Source: the human T2T-CHM13v2.0 reference genome, Homo sapiens
Direction: 5' to 3' (one strand)
Length of the DNA stretch: 64,000 bases
NCBI RefSeq assembly: GCF_009914755.1
Contig: NC_060925.1
Notes under the pieces: generated by a model
Seen by the model: only the letters and a program-made list of their open reading frames with translations
Database searches by the model: none
Told to the model about the DNA's origin: nothing
Part shown: positions 15,633-29,550 of the stretch, piece after piece
How the letters are laid out: the number at the start of each line of letters is the position of its first letter
Numbering within the stretch: position 1 is the stretch's first letter
Made by a program: the position numbers and the translations under genes

Positions 15633-17644
15633 AGTTCCTATCTCTTATCTGGACTTCACACACCTCTGTCTAAATGTGCTTGAAGAGTAGTCCCTTATTT
15701 TTAAAAAGTTGTTGCTGTTGAATTTAAAACCTACTATCTTAAGTATGTTATTATTTAGTGTCTACAGGGTTTTGCTCTGTCTGAGATAATTTAAGACCAG
15801 TCATTTTCCATAAAAAGATGTGACAACACAAAATAAAAGTGTTTTCTTTGAATATTCATGTTTAGAGAGCAGAAGACTAAACATGTCCAGAAAGAGCTTC
15901 AATAGAAAAAAAATTCTTGGTGAAAATTGAGCTTCCAATATGTGTCTATACTTGAAAATTGAGTAGTGGAATTGAATAATTACATGCTTATTTTAAGCTT
16001 AGAAAACATCTTTTCCTCCATTACTTCAATGTTTTAGTTGAAGAGCCACTGTGACCTGCATACACATTAAACAGTCTCTATTGACTATAATGGGAATAGG
16101 AAATGAAGAAAAAACAAGTCACCTATAAGGTATAGTTTTACTTAGTCATGAATAAGGAAATGTCACATTTTAAAGAGGTAATATCTTACACTTATTGGTT
16201 TCTGAATTTGTTTCAGCTAAAATATCATATCATAAATGATGCAGATTTGTGCATATTAGAAAAGTTTTCTTGACTGTACTGTTTTCTCTCATCTGGTCTG
16301 ACTTCGTAGAGGTAATTGCTGTTAACAGTCCCTATGTCCATTATACCTACAAATGCAGGTTCTTTTCCCCAAAGAGACTACAACTGGGGCCCTTCACAGA
16401 AGCTAGACTTTGCCATAGAACTTTCCTAGAGTTATAGGTTGGAAAAGAGCTAGAGAGCAGATGGTATATGTTCAGAGGCTGTTTCGCATTTTCAGATCTT
16501 ATAAGAAAAGCATGCCACTTATACAACCCTAAGTTTTCTGCTTTAGATCTACCTGATGTTTGCTGTATGACAAATTTCATCACCTGGCGCAGGACCATTC
16601 TGGATGAGTGGTATTAAGACACTGCCATTCTGTATGGCAACGCCTTAGGGTATAGCAGCCAAAAATAAATCATTAGTAGGTTATTACAAATCATTGGTAG
16701 GTATTGGGCTTGTAACACAAAAGCTTATTGACTATATCTGTTAATTTTTTAGAGATAGCTTATCTTGGCAGTTTAATGGCTGCCTTTGGAATAGTCCCTG
16801 ATATCACACAAGGTCCATTTTGGTCCTTTGATTTTTATTCTCAGAAGAAAACACATATTTAGATTAATTTAACTTAAGAATGAGAAAAACTGGTCTCAAT
16901 TTTAAAAACTTCTTTCAAACTGTTAACCATTGAAAGAGAATTTTGGACAGCTTTCCTCTGCCACCAAGCTTCTTCAATTTATACTTTACAAAAGCCCCAA
17001 AACTAGAAAATCCTACAATAAATGGTTCAAAGTATAGAAGGACAGCTAGACAATGCCATTGAGCCTGTGAGACTTGCAGGAGAGCATCCTGAAATTAGAC
17101 AGGTGGTGGTACCAAATGCTTAGGATACTGGCATATGAGATCAATTGCATGCTGTCCTAGAAGACTGTTGTACTTACATCCCTACAGACCTCTCTAGGAT
17201 CTCTCATACAACTAAAATATCCAGGAAACAACAACAAGAAAAAGAAATGATACAATTAGGTTACTTGTCTCATTGGTTTAGTTTGGGAATGAGCTCTTTT
17301 CTCTTGGTTAAATTTGGATAGCCTTGACTCCCTTATCGTGAATGGACTACAAGTTTTGATGACTATCCTTCAGTTAGCATTTCCATTTTTCAGTGATCAA
17401 ATATACGGTATTTAGAGGCTTAAATGCTGTGTGTGTGTGGGGGGGGGTCACTGTCCCATCAAATGATCCAATAAATGCATTTTCCACCAAAAGAATAAGC
17501 AAACCTGACCCTTAACTGGTGTTGGAATGATTACCATCAGAAGGTCCACACACAACTAAAACAAGTCATCCAGCAGTATGGAACTGAATGCACAGATAAT
17601 GCCCTATCTTTCATCTTAGGAAGAAGCATGATCTAATGGGTTAC

Positions 17645-18137
17645 TGTGTTAGTTTTCTGCTGCTGTGTTCAAGTATTACCACAAATTTGGAGGCTTAAAA
17701 TGACACACATTTGTTACCTCATGCTTTCTGTGGGATCTAGGAAATCTAGGAGTGGCTTAGCTGGGTCCCCTGCTCTACGGTCTCCCAGCATTAAATTCTC
17801 AATTTTGGTTGAGGCTACAGTCTCACCTGATGTCCAGTTGCGGAACAATCTGCTTCTAAGTGCACAGGATTACTGGCAGCATTCATTCCTAGTGGGTAGC
17901 TGGACCGAGGACTTCAGTTTCTTGCTGGCTATCAGCTGGAGACTAGTGTCTTGCCACTCAACCAAAGGTGTTTTCTTCCTTAAAGTTAACAAGGGACAAA
18001 ATTTAGCAAGAGGAATATTATACTCTTATCCCATCACCTTTGCATTATTCAACCAGTTAAGAGCAAGTCATGGGTCACAAGGCATGAATATCAGGAAGTG
18101 GGGGTCATGAGGCCCACCTTATAGTTTGTTCACTCCA
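17645..18137 (-). mobile_element. MLT1 (E/F-like) solo LTR
   Basis: tgtgttagttttctgctgctg...gtggcttagctgggtcc...ggcatgaatatcaggaag. Confidence 0.82.
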
Positions 18138-18418
18138 GGGGCTGAGAATTGAAACCCCCCAATAATATCCTGTTCCTGTGTTAAGTTATATTGTGGTTAA
18201 GAATACTTCCTGCCCATGTGTTCAGTCTTAACGGGACTAGGAATATTTTTCTGTACCTATTAATTCAAAGAAATTAGAAATAGGTAAAATCCTAAAATAA
18301 GAGTTCATTTTTAAACTATTTGATTTTGTGAGAATAAAGGTATTTTAAATGTGATGGGAAATTTATTAAACCTGAAATATTTTGCCCAAATCTAGGAGCA
18401 GCTGATGACTCATATAAT

Positions 18419-18959
18419 TGTATTAGTTATCTATTGCCATGCAATAAATTATCCTCAAAATTAGTATCTTAGAACAATAAACATTTATTATCTCACACAG
18501 TTCTGAAGGTCAGGAATCAGAGTGTCATAGGTAGTAACTTCTGACTTATTGTCTCCCATGTGGTTGCAGTCAAGATGTTAGCTGGAGTTGTAGCCACTTG
18601 AAGGGATTGAAGAATCCACCTCCAGGCTCACTCACATGGTTGTTGTCAGGAGACTTCAGTTCTTCACTACGTGCATCTCTTTCTCTGGGGTAGTTCAAGC
18701 AACATGGCAGCTGGCTTCCACCCATAGTGAGTGATATATGAGAGACAGAAAGAGAGAGAGAGAGAGACTGATTCAAATTATAAAAAGCTTCAGTCTTTTT
18801 AAAACTAATTTTAGCAGTGATACACCATTATTTCAGCTGTATTCTATTCATTAGACACGTTACTAAGTCTACCCACATTCAATGGGAAGAAAATTAGGCT
18901 CTCCTTCTTGAAGGGAAGAATATCAAAGAATGTGTAAACATATTTTTAAAATTACCACA
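18419..18959 (-). mobile_element. MLT1 (G/H-like) solo LTR
   Basis: tgtattagttatctattg...catatttttaaaattaccaca. Confidence 0.85.
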
Positions 18960-19543
18960 GGTATTGTTAGTGTCCTGAGATTTCCTCGTGTTTTGTTCAT
19001 AATTTTCTTGGCCTTGAATGTACCAAATTTCAGTGCCTCAAATATTCCCAATATTTCCTGGGAAATAGGCTAAGTACAAGTTAGCTGAGAGTACCAAGTA
19101 TTTTAGTTTTAGGTGTCTTCTTCATCCCCTACAACTCAGGTGTTGTTTATATGTCATAAACTATGATGGAGGTTTGATAATTCTTCAGCTAATTGATTAG
19201 TGTAGTCACAATAATTTGAATGAGTTTTTATGTAAAATATTTATCAACTTATATGATATTAGAAAAGCTATCTAGTCTTAATTTTTAGCTACTATTTTCT
19301 TCATTAGAAAAGTTTTTTTTAATTCCTCATTAGAATTTTTAAAAGAAATCCCTATTAAGGATACATAAAAAATAATGGTGTTGACAAAGGATATAGTTTA
19401 CTACGCATTTTCATATAAATGATCTCAAGACAAACATCCTGAATGTCTGAGATCCAATGAACAAAAAGACAAAGCTTCCTTTTTTAAAGCCCCTAGTACA
19501 AGTTTAGCTGAAAAATCCAGAGTGCAATTGTAAATAACCTCAG

Positions 19544-20167
19544 TGTATTTGTTGGGATACTCCAGAGAAGCAGAACCAATAAGATGTGTATGTATCTGTT
19601 TATATTATATAAAATAATACAATGTTAAATATATAATGTATATAATATAAAATATATTTTATAAGTATTATTTATATGAAACATTTATATAAAATCTAAA
19701 ATAATATAAAATTTGATATTACATATTATATTATGTGCTATATTGATAATTATTAATAACACATTATTAATGAATGTATACCTCTGTACTATAATTTATA
19801 TATATTATAAGGAATTGGTTCACATTCCTTATAATTGGAGGCTGAGAAGTCCAGAGCAAGGGGAGATGATGGTGTAAGTTCCAGTGTGCATCTGAGTCTA
19901 AAGGCAGGAGAAGCCCAATGTCCCAGCTTGAAGATGGTCAAGCACAGAAAAAGAATCCTTTCTTACTCTGCCTTTTAATCTATTTAGGTTTGCAATAGAT
20001 TGCTCTCCCCACTTACACTGGGGAGAGCAACACGCTTTATTCAGTCTACTGATTAAAATGTTAATCTCATCCAGAAACACCCTTACAGATACAAGCAGAA
20101 TAATGTTGATCAAATGTCTGGGCACCTTGTGGCCCAGTCAAGTTGTCACATAAAATTAAGCATCACA
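19544..20167 (-). mobile_element. MLT2 (ERVL) solo LTR with an internal AT-rich expansion
   Basis: ctccagagaagcagaaccaataag...ggcccagtcaagttgtcacataaaattaagcatcaca. TSD ctcag/cccag. Confidence 0.88.
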
Positions 20168-21948
20168 CCCAGCCACCAGATTTTTCATTCTAGTTTGTTC
20201 CCCAGGGCATGCTTAGCCTCATATCTCAAGAGGTCTAGGACATAATCACTGACAAGATGAAGCATGATAATTTATAAAGAAGACAAACTCACAAGCAGTC
20301 AGCAAGAGAAATACTCCATATCAGATTATGAAAAACAATAGCAACTTCACCTTTCAAAGTCTTGCTTTGGTGTACCCCAGGACTTGTTCATTGTGGGTAG
20401 AGAATATATCAACCATCAACTGACATTTGATTGAAATTACTTAGTGTTATAGACAGTATTTCCCAACCCAATTGCCTCCCAATGAATTGTGGTGTTAGGT
20501 ACTGTCCAAATAATCTGTGGAATATCTGAGATCTAGGGCGGTAATTATGTACAAGCTGCTCTCCATAATCATTTGCCATACAATGAAGCCAGATTTTTGT
20601 TCTCTCCTATTGTATATTATTGCTTAATACTATCTTATATAAATATTTTCCTATATAACATGAGTTTGTGGTATGATAGGTTAATATCAGATAGGTCCTA
20701 CATTTCTTGTAGTTTCAATATCTCCCCACAAAAATCACATTGTCCTCTGTTAATGGGGATAGCATGACTCCAGTATGCCCCGAAACACCCTAGGGTGTCA
20801 TGCCTCTGTCTTCACTAATTTTCACCTGGTGGATGGGGGCATAGGTTACTGGTTGGTTTTAGCTGAAGTCTGTTCTAACAGGTTGGTGCCAATATTACTA
20901 TGCTAAATGATTTGACTACCACCCCTTTCTAAATATACTTAGAATAAAATAATTTCCATCAAAATGATTCTATTGAGATTATATATTTTTACAGGATTTC
21001 AATAGTATTCCTCAGAACTTTCAGGGTTCATGGAAAAGAGTAAGATATATTGGAAAAGCCAATATTTTTTCCTACTCTCTACTGTCACACCAACTTGATG
21101 AAAGAAAAAAACAAGGTGTTTTTTCCTCTGTCTTACATAGTCACTCAATACACTTCTAACACCAGATGGGTGGAAGTATTTCCTCACAGACCAAGTAATT
21201 CTCTAGCAGACTAGGGGACACCCCACTGGGTGTCCTCTAATTCAATCCAATTCTGACACTACCTGCTTGGAAATAGAGTTGGATTCCACAGGTTGAGGGC
21301 TCAGTCCCACAAAATTGTCCCCCACTTCAGATGTCAATCACAAGACCCAGAATGTGGCCTGTGCTTGTGATCAGCTGCAAATCAGGGTTCCCATGATCCC
21401 CTCCTCAGGTTTGATTAATTTGCTAAAGTAGCTCACAGAACTCAGGGAAACACTTGATGATGGAAAAAACCAACTTCTGCCAAAAGATATTTAAAGAGGT
21501 TTATTCTGAGCCAATATAAGTGACTGAGGCATGGGTTACACAATCTCAAGTGGTCTTGAACAAGTTGCCTGAGGAAGTTGGGTTACAGTTTATTTCAGGG
21601 AGACAGAAATTGCAGATAAAATCATAAGTCAATATGTGGGAGGTATGCATTGGTTTGGTCTGAAAAGGTGGGACATCTCCAAGAGGGGGCTTACAAGTCC
21701 AAGGTGGGTTTTAGAGGTTCTTTAGTCAACAATTGGTGGAGAAAGTTAAGCTATTGTCTCAAGACTTGAAGTCAGTAGAAAGGAAATCCTGAGTTAAGAT
21801 AAGGAGGTTGTGGAGGCAATGGATCTTGTTGTAGAGATGAAGCCTCAAAAGCAGCAGTCCTTAGAGAGAATAAATAGTGTCTCTTTTCAGATCTTAAAAG
21901 ATGTCAGGCTCTCATTTAATCTCTCCTAGATCTAGGAAAGGCCTAGAA

Positions 21949-22857
21949 CAAGCTTGTCCAACCTGCAGCCTGTGGGCTGCATGCAGCCCAGGATGGCTTT
22001 GAATGAAGCCCAACACAAATTTGTAAAGTTTCTTAAAACATGAGATTTTTTTGCAATTTTTTATTTTTACTTTTTTAGTTCATCAGCTGTCATTAGTGTT
22101 AGTGTATTTTATATGTGACCCAAGACAATTCTTCTTCTTCCATTGTTGCCCAGGGAAGCTGTTATAAGTAGTCAGAGAGGTGTGAGCAGGGCAGGAGAGG
22201 GCTCTCCTTCACCCACCAGGAATGTTGGGTGATGGTTTGGCAGTTATCACACTGCCTCTCTAAAAGTGATAAGTTGACAGTCAGTGCCAGGGTGAGGCCA
22301 TGTCCTGATGGTCCATACCTGTTGCACTAAAGTGTTAATTAAATGCAGATGCCAGGGAGGAGAAGCAACTTCCCAGGCAAGCACATTAAGAGACAAAATG
22401 GTGAAGTATGACCTTCTAGGGGCACTCCACTGCTAAAGGAAAGGAAGTCTCAGACAAACATGCTTACAGCTTCCTAAACACATGGCATGTGCTCATGTTA
22501 AGCATAAGAAAGGCACTGTGCATGCAGGCAGCCCACCCTAAGGGAAGTATCATGGGAAAGGGGCCAGCCTACAAAGTCTTAGGATCAAGGTCAAACATTA
22601 CACTTGACCTTCATATGCCTACTTGGGTCTCTTCCAAGCATACTTTCTCTTTCTTTCCTGCTCTAAAGCCTTCTTAAATAAACTTCCACTCCTGCTCTGA
22701 AACTTGTCCTGGTCTCTTTTTCTGCCTTATGCCTCCCCAGTTGAATTCCTTCTTCTGAAGAGGCAAGAATTGAGGTTGCTGCAAACCCATACAGATTTTC
22801 CGCTAGTGACTCAGATACCTTCCACTGGTAACAAAGCCAAAACATTAGACATCCCTG
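21949..22857 (-). mobile_element. MER30 hAT-Charlie MITE (split by an LTR)
   Basis: caagcttgtccaacc...gacatccctg. Exact 8-bp TSD gcctagaa (21941-21948 and 22858-22865). Confidence 0.92.
22160..22833 (+). mobile_element. MER50-like ERV1 solo LTR inserted in MER30
   Basis: TG...CA termini (tgtta...taaca), AATAAA at ~22677, exact 4-bp TSD aagc. Confidence 0.85.
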
Positions 22858-23662
22858 GCCTAGAAAGAAACAACCTGGCTGCTTTAATGGAGATTCTCTA
22901 GAGATGCAAATTTTGCCTACAAAAGACAACTTTGTGGGGCCATTTCAGTCTGTTGGCCCAGTGGCAGCCAATTCAAAATATGTCAAAGAAATATATTTTG
23001 GAGTAAAATAATTTGATTTCTTTCAGAGACTGCTATCTGTCACATGATGCTGTACTAGAGTCAGATTGGAAAGGAAGTCCTATTATTCTGGGTTAATAAA
23101 AACCTCTCTAATGAGATTTTATGGTTTATAGGATGTGACTCCCTAGGCCCCTTAGATAGAAATTTGGGCAAGACAAAATCAAAATGTCAGAGTTTAGTCT
23201 TTACCCTTTATATACTTTTGCCAGTTTATTATGAAGATTATTACAGAGGATACAAAGGAGCAGCCAGATTGAAGAGATGCATGGGGAAAGTGTGTGGGAA
23301 GGGGCGCAGAGCTTCCATGCCCTTTCCTGGTGCTCCACTGTCTCAGGACAGTATTTGGTGATCCACAAGCTCCCTTAACCCAATTCTTTTGGGTTCTTAT
23401 AGAAGCTTCATTACACAGGCATGATTGATTACATCACTGGTCATTGGTGATCAACTTAACCTTCAATCCTTCTTCCCTCCCTGTAATCTTGCCTTAGTTT
23501 TTCTGATGCCCAATCCCCATCCTGAAGCTATCTTGGAGCCCCCCGGCCACTAGTCATCTCATTAGCCTAGCAAAGACACTCATCACTCCAGAGATTCCAT
23601 GGGTTTCAGTAACCGTATGTTAGGAAACAGGGAGGGAACACCAAATATATATTTCACAATTT

Positions 23663-24192
23663 TGTAATCAAATACCCCATTTTTAAAAGGGAAAAAAAAG
23701 TATTATTTTGAATATTTTTTATTTTCCCCCACCTTCTACTTAGCTCTTTAGGAATGCAATTATATCATTTACCTTTTCTCCACCAGACACTCCCTACACA
23801 GCAAGCTTATCTAACTATGTGTTACTTAGAAGTTCCAGAGACTGAACCGTGAAGCAAACCAGGCGCCGCTGAAACTCTCTCCCACTAAGAGACTGCCTCA
23901 ATTTACAACCCAGCTCTGCACACAATCATGCCAGTCACACCACTTGATAGATAAGACATCTGAAGCAAGTCACATAGACCCCACACCTCCTTACCCTTTA
24001 CACCAAACCCCTCCAGCCCCCTTTAAAAGACCCTGCTTTCTGCTCCAGAAGCTGAAGCGGTACCCTCAAGACAGGAGCCTGTACAGCTTCCTCTCAGCAA
24101 GCTCTGGAATAAAGTCACTTTCTTTCTACGGACCTCGCTGTTGTTAATTGGACTGTGCAAGCAGCAAGTGGTGGGACCTGCATTTGGTTATA
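23663..24192 (+). mobile_element. ERVL solo LTR (MER54/MER74 group) inserted in MER21
   Basis: tgtaatcaaatacccc...aataaagtcactttc...ggacctgcatttggtta. The MER21 terminus resumes afterwards. Confidence 0.7.
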
Positions 24193-24510
24193 GTATCACA
24201 AAGGGGTACTGGAGGAGGTGATGGTAAAGATGAAGGTGAAATGGGAGATAAAAGAGAAAGTGGTAGAGAAGGAGCATTGTGTTCCATTCAGCTTCAACAT
24301 AAGCCACCTTGGTTTTGATTCTTTTGAATATTGGTTCTAGGCAAACTTTTACATGAAATAAAGGGTTCTATTGCTAAACAATAGAAAGCTCCTTATCTAT
24401 TGCAACTGTCCATTCTTGCAAACTAAATAATTGAAGCACAAGAAGATTTTGGAGTATGGGTAACAATTACTATATTATTATTAGCTAATAATATATATTA
24501 TTAGCTAGAA

Positions 24511-24952
24511 AGTCAACCTTAAATAACAAAATTTAAAAATTATGATTAAGTGTAGCATTTATTTGAGCTTCAAGAAGCTTCAGGATGGCCACCTGGGAGC
24601 ATAGATTCAAGTTGTCCTGAGTGTACATTTTGAGAAGCATCAGTTACAGGTGAGTTTTTAAAGAAAAAAAAGGGGGCAACTCCTAAGTTGTTTACCAAGA
24701 ATTTACATTAAAATAGCATAGGCTATTGATTGGCTATATACGTTGTGCTTTGTATCACAAATTCCAAGAACATGAAGATAATGGGTAATGCAGCTACCCA
24801 AGAACAAAATGTCTATAAACAATTGCCCCAGGGCATGGTGGCCACCCCCTTCCTCTCACATGACTGAAGTCGCACACTCTTGTCTGTCTGGGATTGATAA
24901 ATTTTCCTTACCTCAGGTACTCTAACTGCTCTGGGCTGTTTTTCTTTTCTCA
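24511..24952 (-). mobile_element. ERV1 solo LTR (MER93/MER34-group-like)
   Basis: gtcaaccttaaataac...gctattgattggctata...ctgctctgggctgtttttcttttctca. Confidence 0.7.
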
Positions 24953-25114
24953 TAAGGAAAATTTGGATATGAATTCAGATTTCTGACTCCCAGGCTCTTT
25001 CTCATTCTGGTGCTCCATCCTTGATGCCCACAGAACATAGGATAAAGAATAACTTTAGTCTAATGTGAACATGGACTTTAACATTATCTTAATATGTTTT
25101 CTCCATAAACTTAA

Positions 25115-25417
<303 letters not shown>

Positions 25418-28346
25418 TGAAATTTATTTATTTATAGCCAATCTTACTTCATAAAAAATGTGAGGTGGCTTACAACAATAAATATAATGAAATTATAGTA
25501 AACAAATTAGGAATTTAGGGGAGGGAAGATTAAGATAAAGCTGTAGGCACAGAATATCTATAGTAGGATCTGAATGGTTGCAGAAGTGAATTATAAATGG
25601 ATTCTGAGCTTGGTAGGGTCAGTGCAGGGAAGACCAATTAAACACAACTTACTTGAGTTTCTGGCATCCTGAAAATGTATGAAATTAAAAGCTGGGAAAA
25701 AGACAAGGAAAAAACTTCTGGACAAACAAAAGTAACCGCTTTGGCCTGCTTGTCAGTTCTTACATAAGGCATCCTTATTTTCCTTTGCTGAGATGTACTC
25801 AGGCTCCAAGTGCCTGAACATAATGTGGAGAGTTAAAATAGAGAGCTGCCTCAATTCCCAAAGCGCCTTGCATCTTGTCATTTTAAAAGTAAACTGTGGT
25901 GTTGCTTTAATGTTTTGTGTGTGTGTGTGTTTGTGGGTGTGCTCACACTCATTTTTATTAAACATATGCTCCCAGCCACATTCCATTTGGCAAGATCACA
26001 AGCGCATAATAGCTACAAGCTGTTAACAAAACAAAACAAAACGAAACAAAAGGACTTAACTAGTTGTTTATTTTAAAGATAAATAAGACCTTCTAAGCCA
26101 CTTTAAACATTCATTTACACATTTTTCGATGTGCATGCTATCTTTTCTGCTGTCTTTGAGTCTCTATTTACTCACTCCTGTGTAAAGATGAATATTGTAA
26201 TTGTACTTGATGCAAACATTGAAAAATCTGTGTTTACATTTGTGTTTCCAACTGAATATGCTAATAGTGTTTAATCAGCAGTGATGTTGCTTTATATCAA
26301 TGTTTTGTGCAGCATACAGTCTTAGTGATAATGTTGTGATAACCAAATTTTCCCACATCAAAACTTGGAAACTATCCCGGTTTTGGAACAACCCTTTGAT
26401 TCCAAAATATGAGGAAATCCTTTAATCTTCCTCAGGATTATTTCTGTGTTTTCAAGAAAACATTAAATAGCTCCTTTGTTTTATTAAGGGAGGGGGATGG
26501 GAGACTGAACAGATTTATTCTTACAGCAATCCAGGGATTTTGATATTCCAAACAAACTCACAAACTGGACAGAAGAATGTGCAGAAGGAGGTTCCAACGT
26601 GATGCCATTAGAAGAACAGCTGCAGGCTGCTGGGAGTTTGATTTGGGGATATTCTGTGGAGAAACTCAGCAGCATACTGTCCAGAAAAAACAAAAATAAA
26701 AGTAGCAGTTAAGTGTAAATGAGATGGACAATGACTGGCTTTTAGTGATGAATCTACACACACACAAAAATCCAAACTTCTAGTAAACTAAAGGCGGTAT
26801 AGAGCTGGCCTGAGACTTGATGAGTTTCTGAATTTAGGCAAAAGAGTTACTACACATAAAGTAGTATACAAATACACTTAAAACATAAACACTCCTCTCT
26901 CCTCTCACAAAAAAAGCAAGATAACAATCACAGGCTCTAAACTTCCTTTTTGGAAATAGAGGTATTTCTTGTCTTTTGTGTATGTTCAAACTTGGAAATT
27001 CTTTTTTTCCAGTGGGTGTATGAGAGCTCTGCTCTTTTTTGATGGAAAATTGACACACTTTTTAAGAAACACTGTCATTTGGAATACAATTCACACTTTG
27101 CATTTTAACTGTGTTGAATTGTACAGATTCTCTGTAATGCTGCTTTTCTCACAGGGCATAAAACATTTTGGTTCTTAGGCACTTAGTGAGGTACACTGCT
27201 TGAGATGTACAGATAGCTTTCATTAGTGCTAATGGGAGTTATGCTTCTGCACCAGGAGAGAATAGAGCCTGCAGATTTTAAATTATGCTTGATGCAAATC
27301 TTCCAGATGGAATAAATTATGAGAGATGCTTAGGGGTAAAAGGTCTAAATATCCCCTAAAGCTATAGTTTAATAGCAAAGCAATACTTTTGAGTAATGAA
27401 AGTAGAGTCAACAGTAATGGCTTTGCTGCTATCACTGTTAAGTAGCTGATGTTGACTCTTAAAAAAATTCTTATTGGATTAGTGCTGCACTTGAATTCCA
27501 TTATTTTCTGAAGGACCTGTGATATAGTTCTCTATCTTGAATAGTCCACTAAGATGGATTCCATCTGGTTCAATTTTCAAGGCCATTTATCTTAAATTTA
27601 GTAAATTGCCAATAGGCCAGCACAATACCAAGGAGGTCTTTATATCTGTTTCATAATAACTCTTGTGAAAAATACTGTTTCCTATATAATTCACTTCGGG
27701 CCATATCTTTTACTTTCTTATTTTTAAAATGTTTATACCTAATTTTGCTTTGAGGATTATTGCCTGGAGCTCTGAGATAATTGGAATCTTCTCCTATATT
27801 GTTCATTTTATGACATATCTCTTATCTTCTTGGCTTTAAAATATATTACATTTTAATTTATTTGAGACATTTGGCTTTGAGAATTATTGCCCCTCTCCCC
27901 ATGCCAAGATAACTGAAAAATAGGAGAGCATTGTTTTCAGTTGAGAATTTTTAATCTTCAAATGGAAATTAAACGCTATATTTAATCAACACTTAACAAC
28001 TATTGTAAATAGAAAAGCGGTAAGGCATAGGGGCAGTAACAGAAGGATAGGATGTTACCAAGAGAAGACAAGATGACTATCAAAAGACCTAATCTACTGG
28101 TGAATTTACTGTGGTTCAGGCCACTTCTGAATCATTCAGTATTCAATGTTCGCTGGGCTTGGGAAAGCTAATATCAATTAAACTCAAGAGACTGAAGTAG
28201 ACAACCTAGACTGACAATTTGTGAATATACGATGAGATGTTATCCTCTAGACTAGGATGGTGGTGCTTGCAATTCAGAAAACTTTTCTCACACCTGGAAT
28301 CAATATACCCAGAAGTCAAATGAATAATTAGAAAGTTGTTCAGTAA

Positions 28347-29120
<774 letters not shown>

Positions 29121-29234
29121 GAGTGGGGTCTGAAAGAGACCCCCCACCCTCTCACCCCATGATGACCTTTGGAAGCAAGGAGCAAACAGGTGTAAGTATC
29201 CCACTGAGCCCCCTGTACTCAGTGGGATACTGAG

Positions 29235-29550
29235 TTTTTTGTTGTTGTTGTACGTTTGGAGGTCATCACTGTTAAGTCCTTCTTATATATGAACTCCACA
29301 ATTTGTGTCAAGTTATGTGAATTTATTTGAGCATTTTTGATCCAGACTGGGATTGGAAGTCATGACAGAAACTAGACTGGGTCCTGTAAGGAGATTTTTT
29401 TTGCTGTACATTTGGCAGTAATCACTGTTAAGTCCTTCCCATACATGAACTCCACAATTTGTGTCAAGTTCTGTGAATTTTATTTGAGCATTTTTGATCC
29501 AGACTGGGATTGGAAGACATGACAGAAACTAGACTGGGTCCTGTAAGGAG
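29235..29550. repeat. Tandem duplication, two copies of ~157 bp
   Basis: atcactgttaagtcctt...actagactgggtcctgtaaggag occurs twice, ending at 29393 and 29550. Confidence 0.95.

Larger units (their letters stand above)
21455..23203 (-). mobile_element. MER4D-like ERV1 LTR inserted in MER21
   Basis: aaagaggtttattctgagccaat...gatagaaatttgggcaaga...cagagtttagtc. Degenerate TSD cact/ccct. Confidence 0.8.
21083..24200 (-). mobile_element. MER21 LTR (outer element of the nested cluster)
   Basis: gggtgtcctctaattcaatccaattctgacac...gctcacagaactcagggaaacac / ...ccaaatatatatttcacaat...atcaca. Present as three pieces. Confidence 0.85.

Noticed and set aside
17646-18110. Longest ORF (154 aa)
   Set aside because: It lies wholly within an antisense MLT1 LTR, starts at a non-ATG codon and has no recognisable domain.
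19600-19810. Extreme AT-rich block
   Set aside because: It is an expansion of the (TA)-rich region normally found within MLT2 LTRs.
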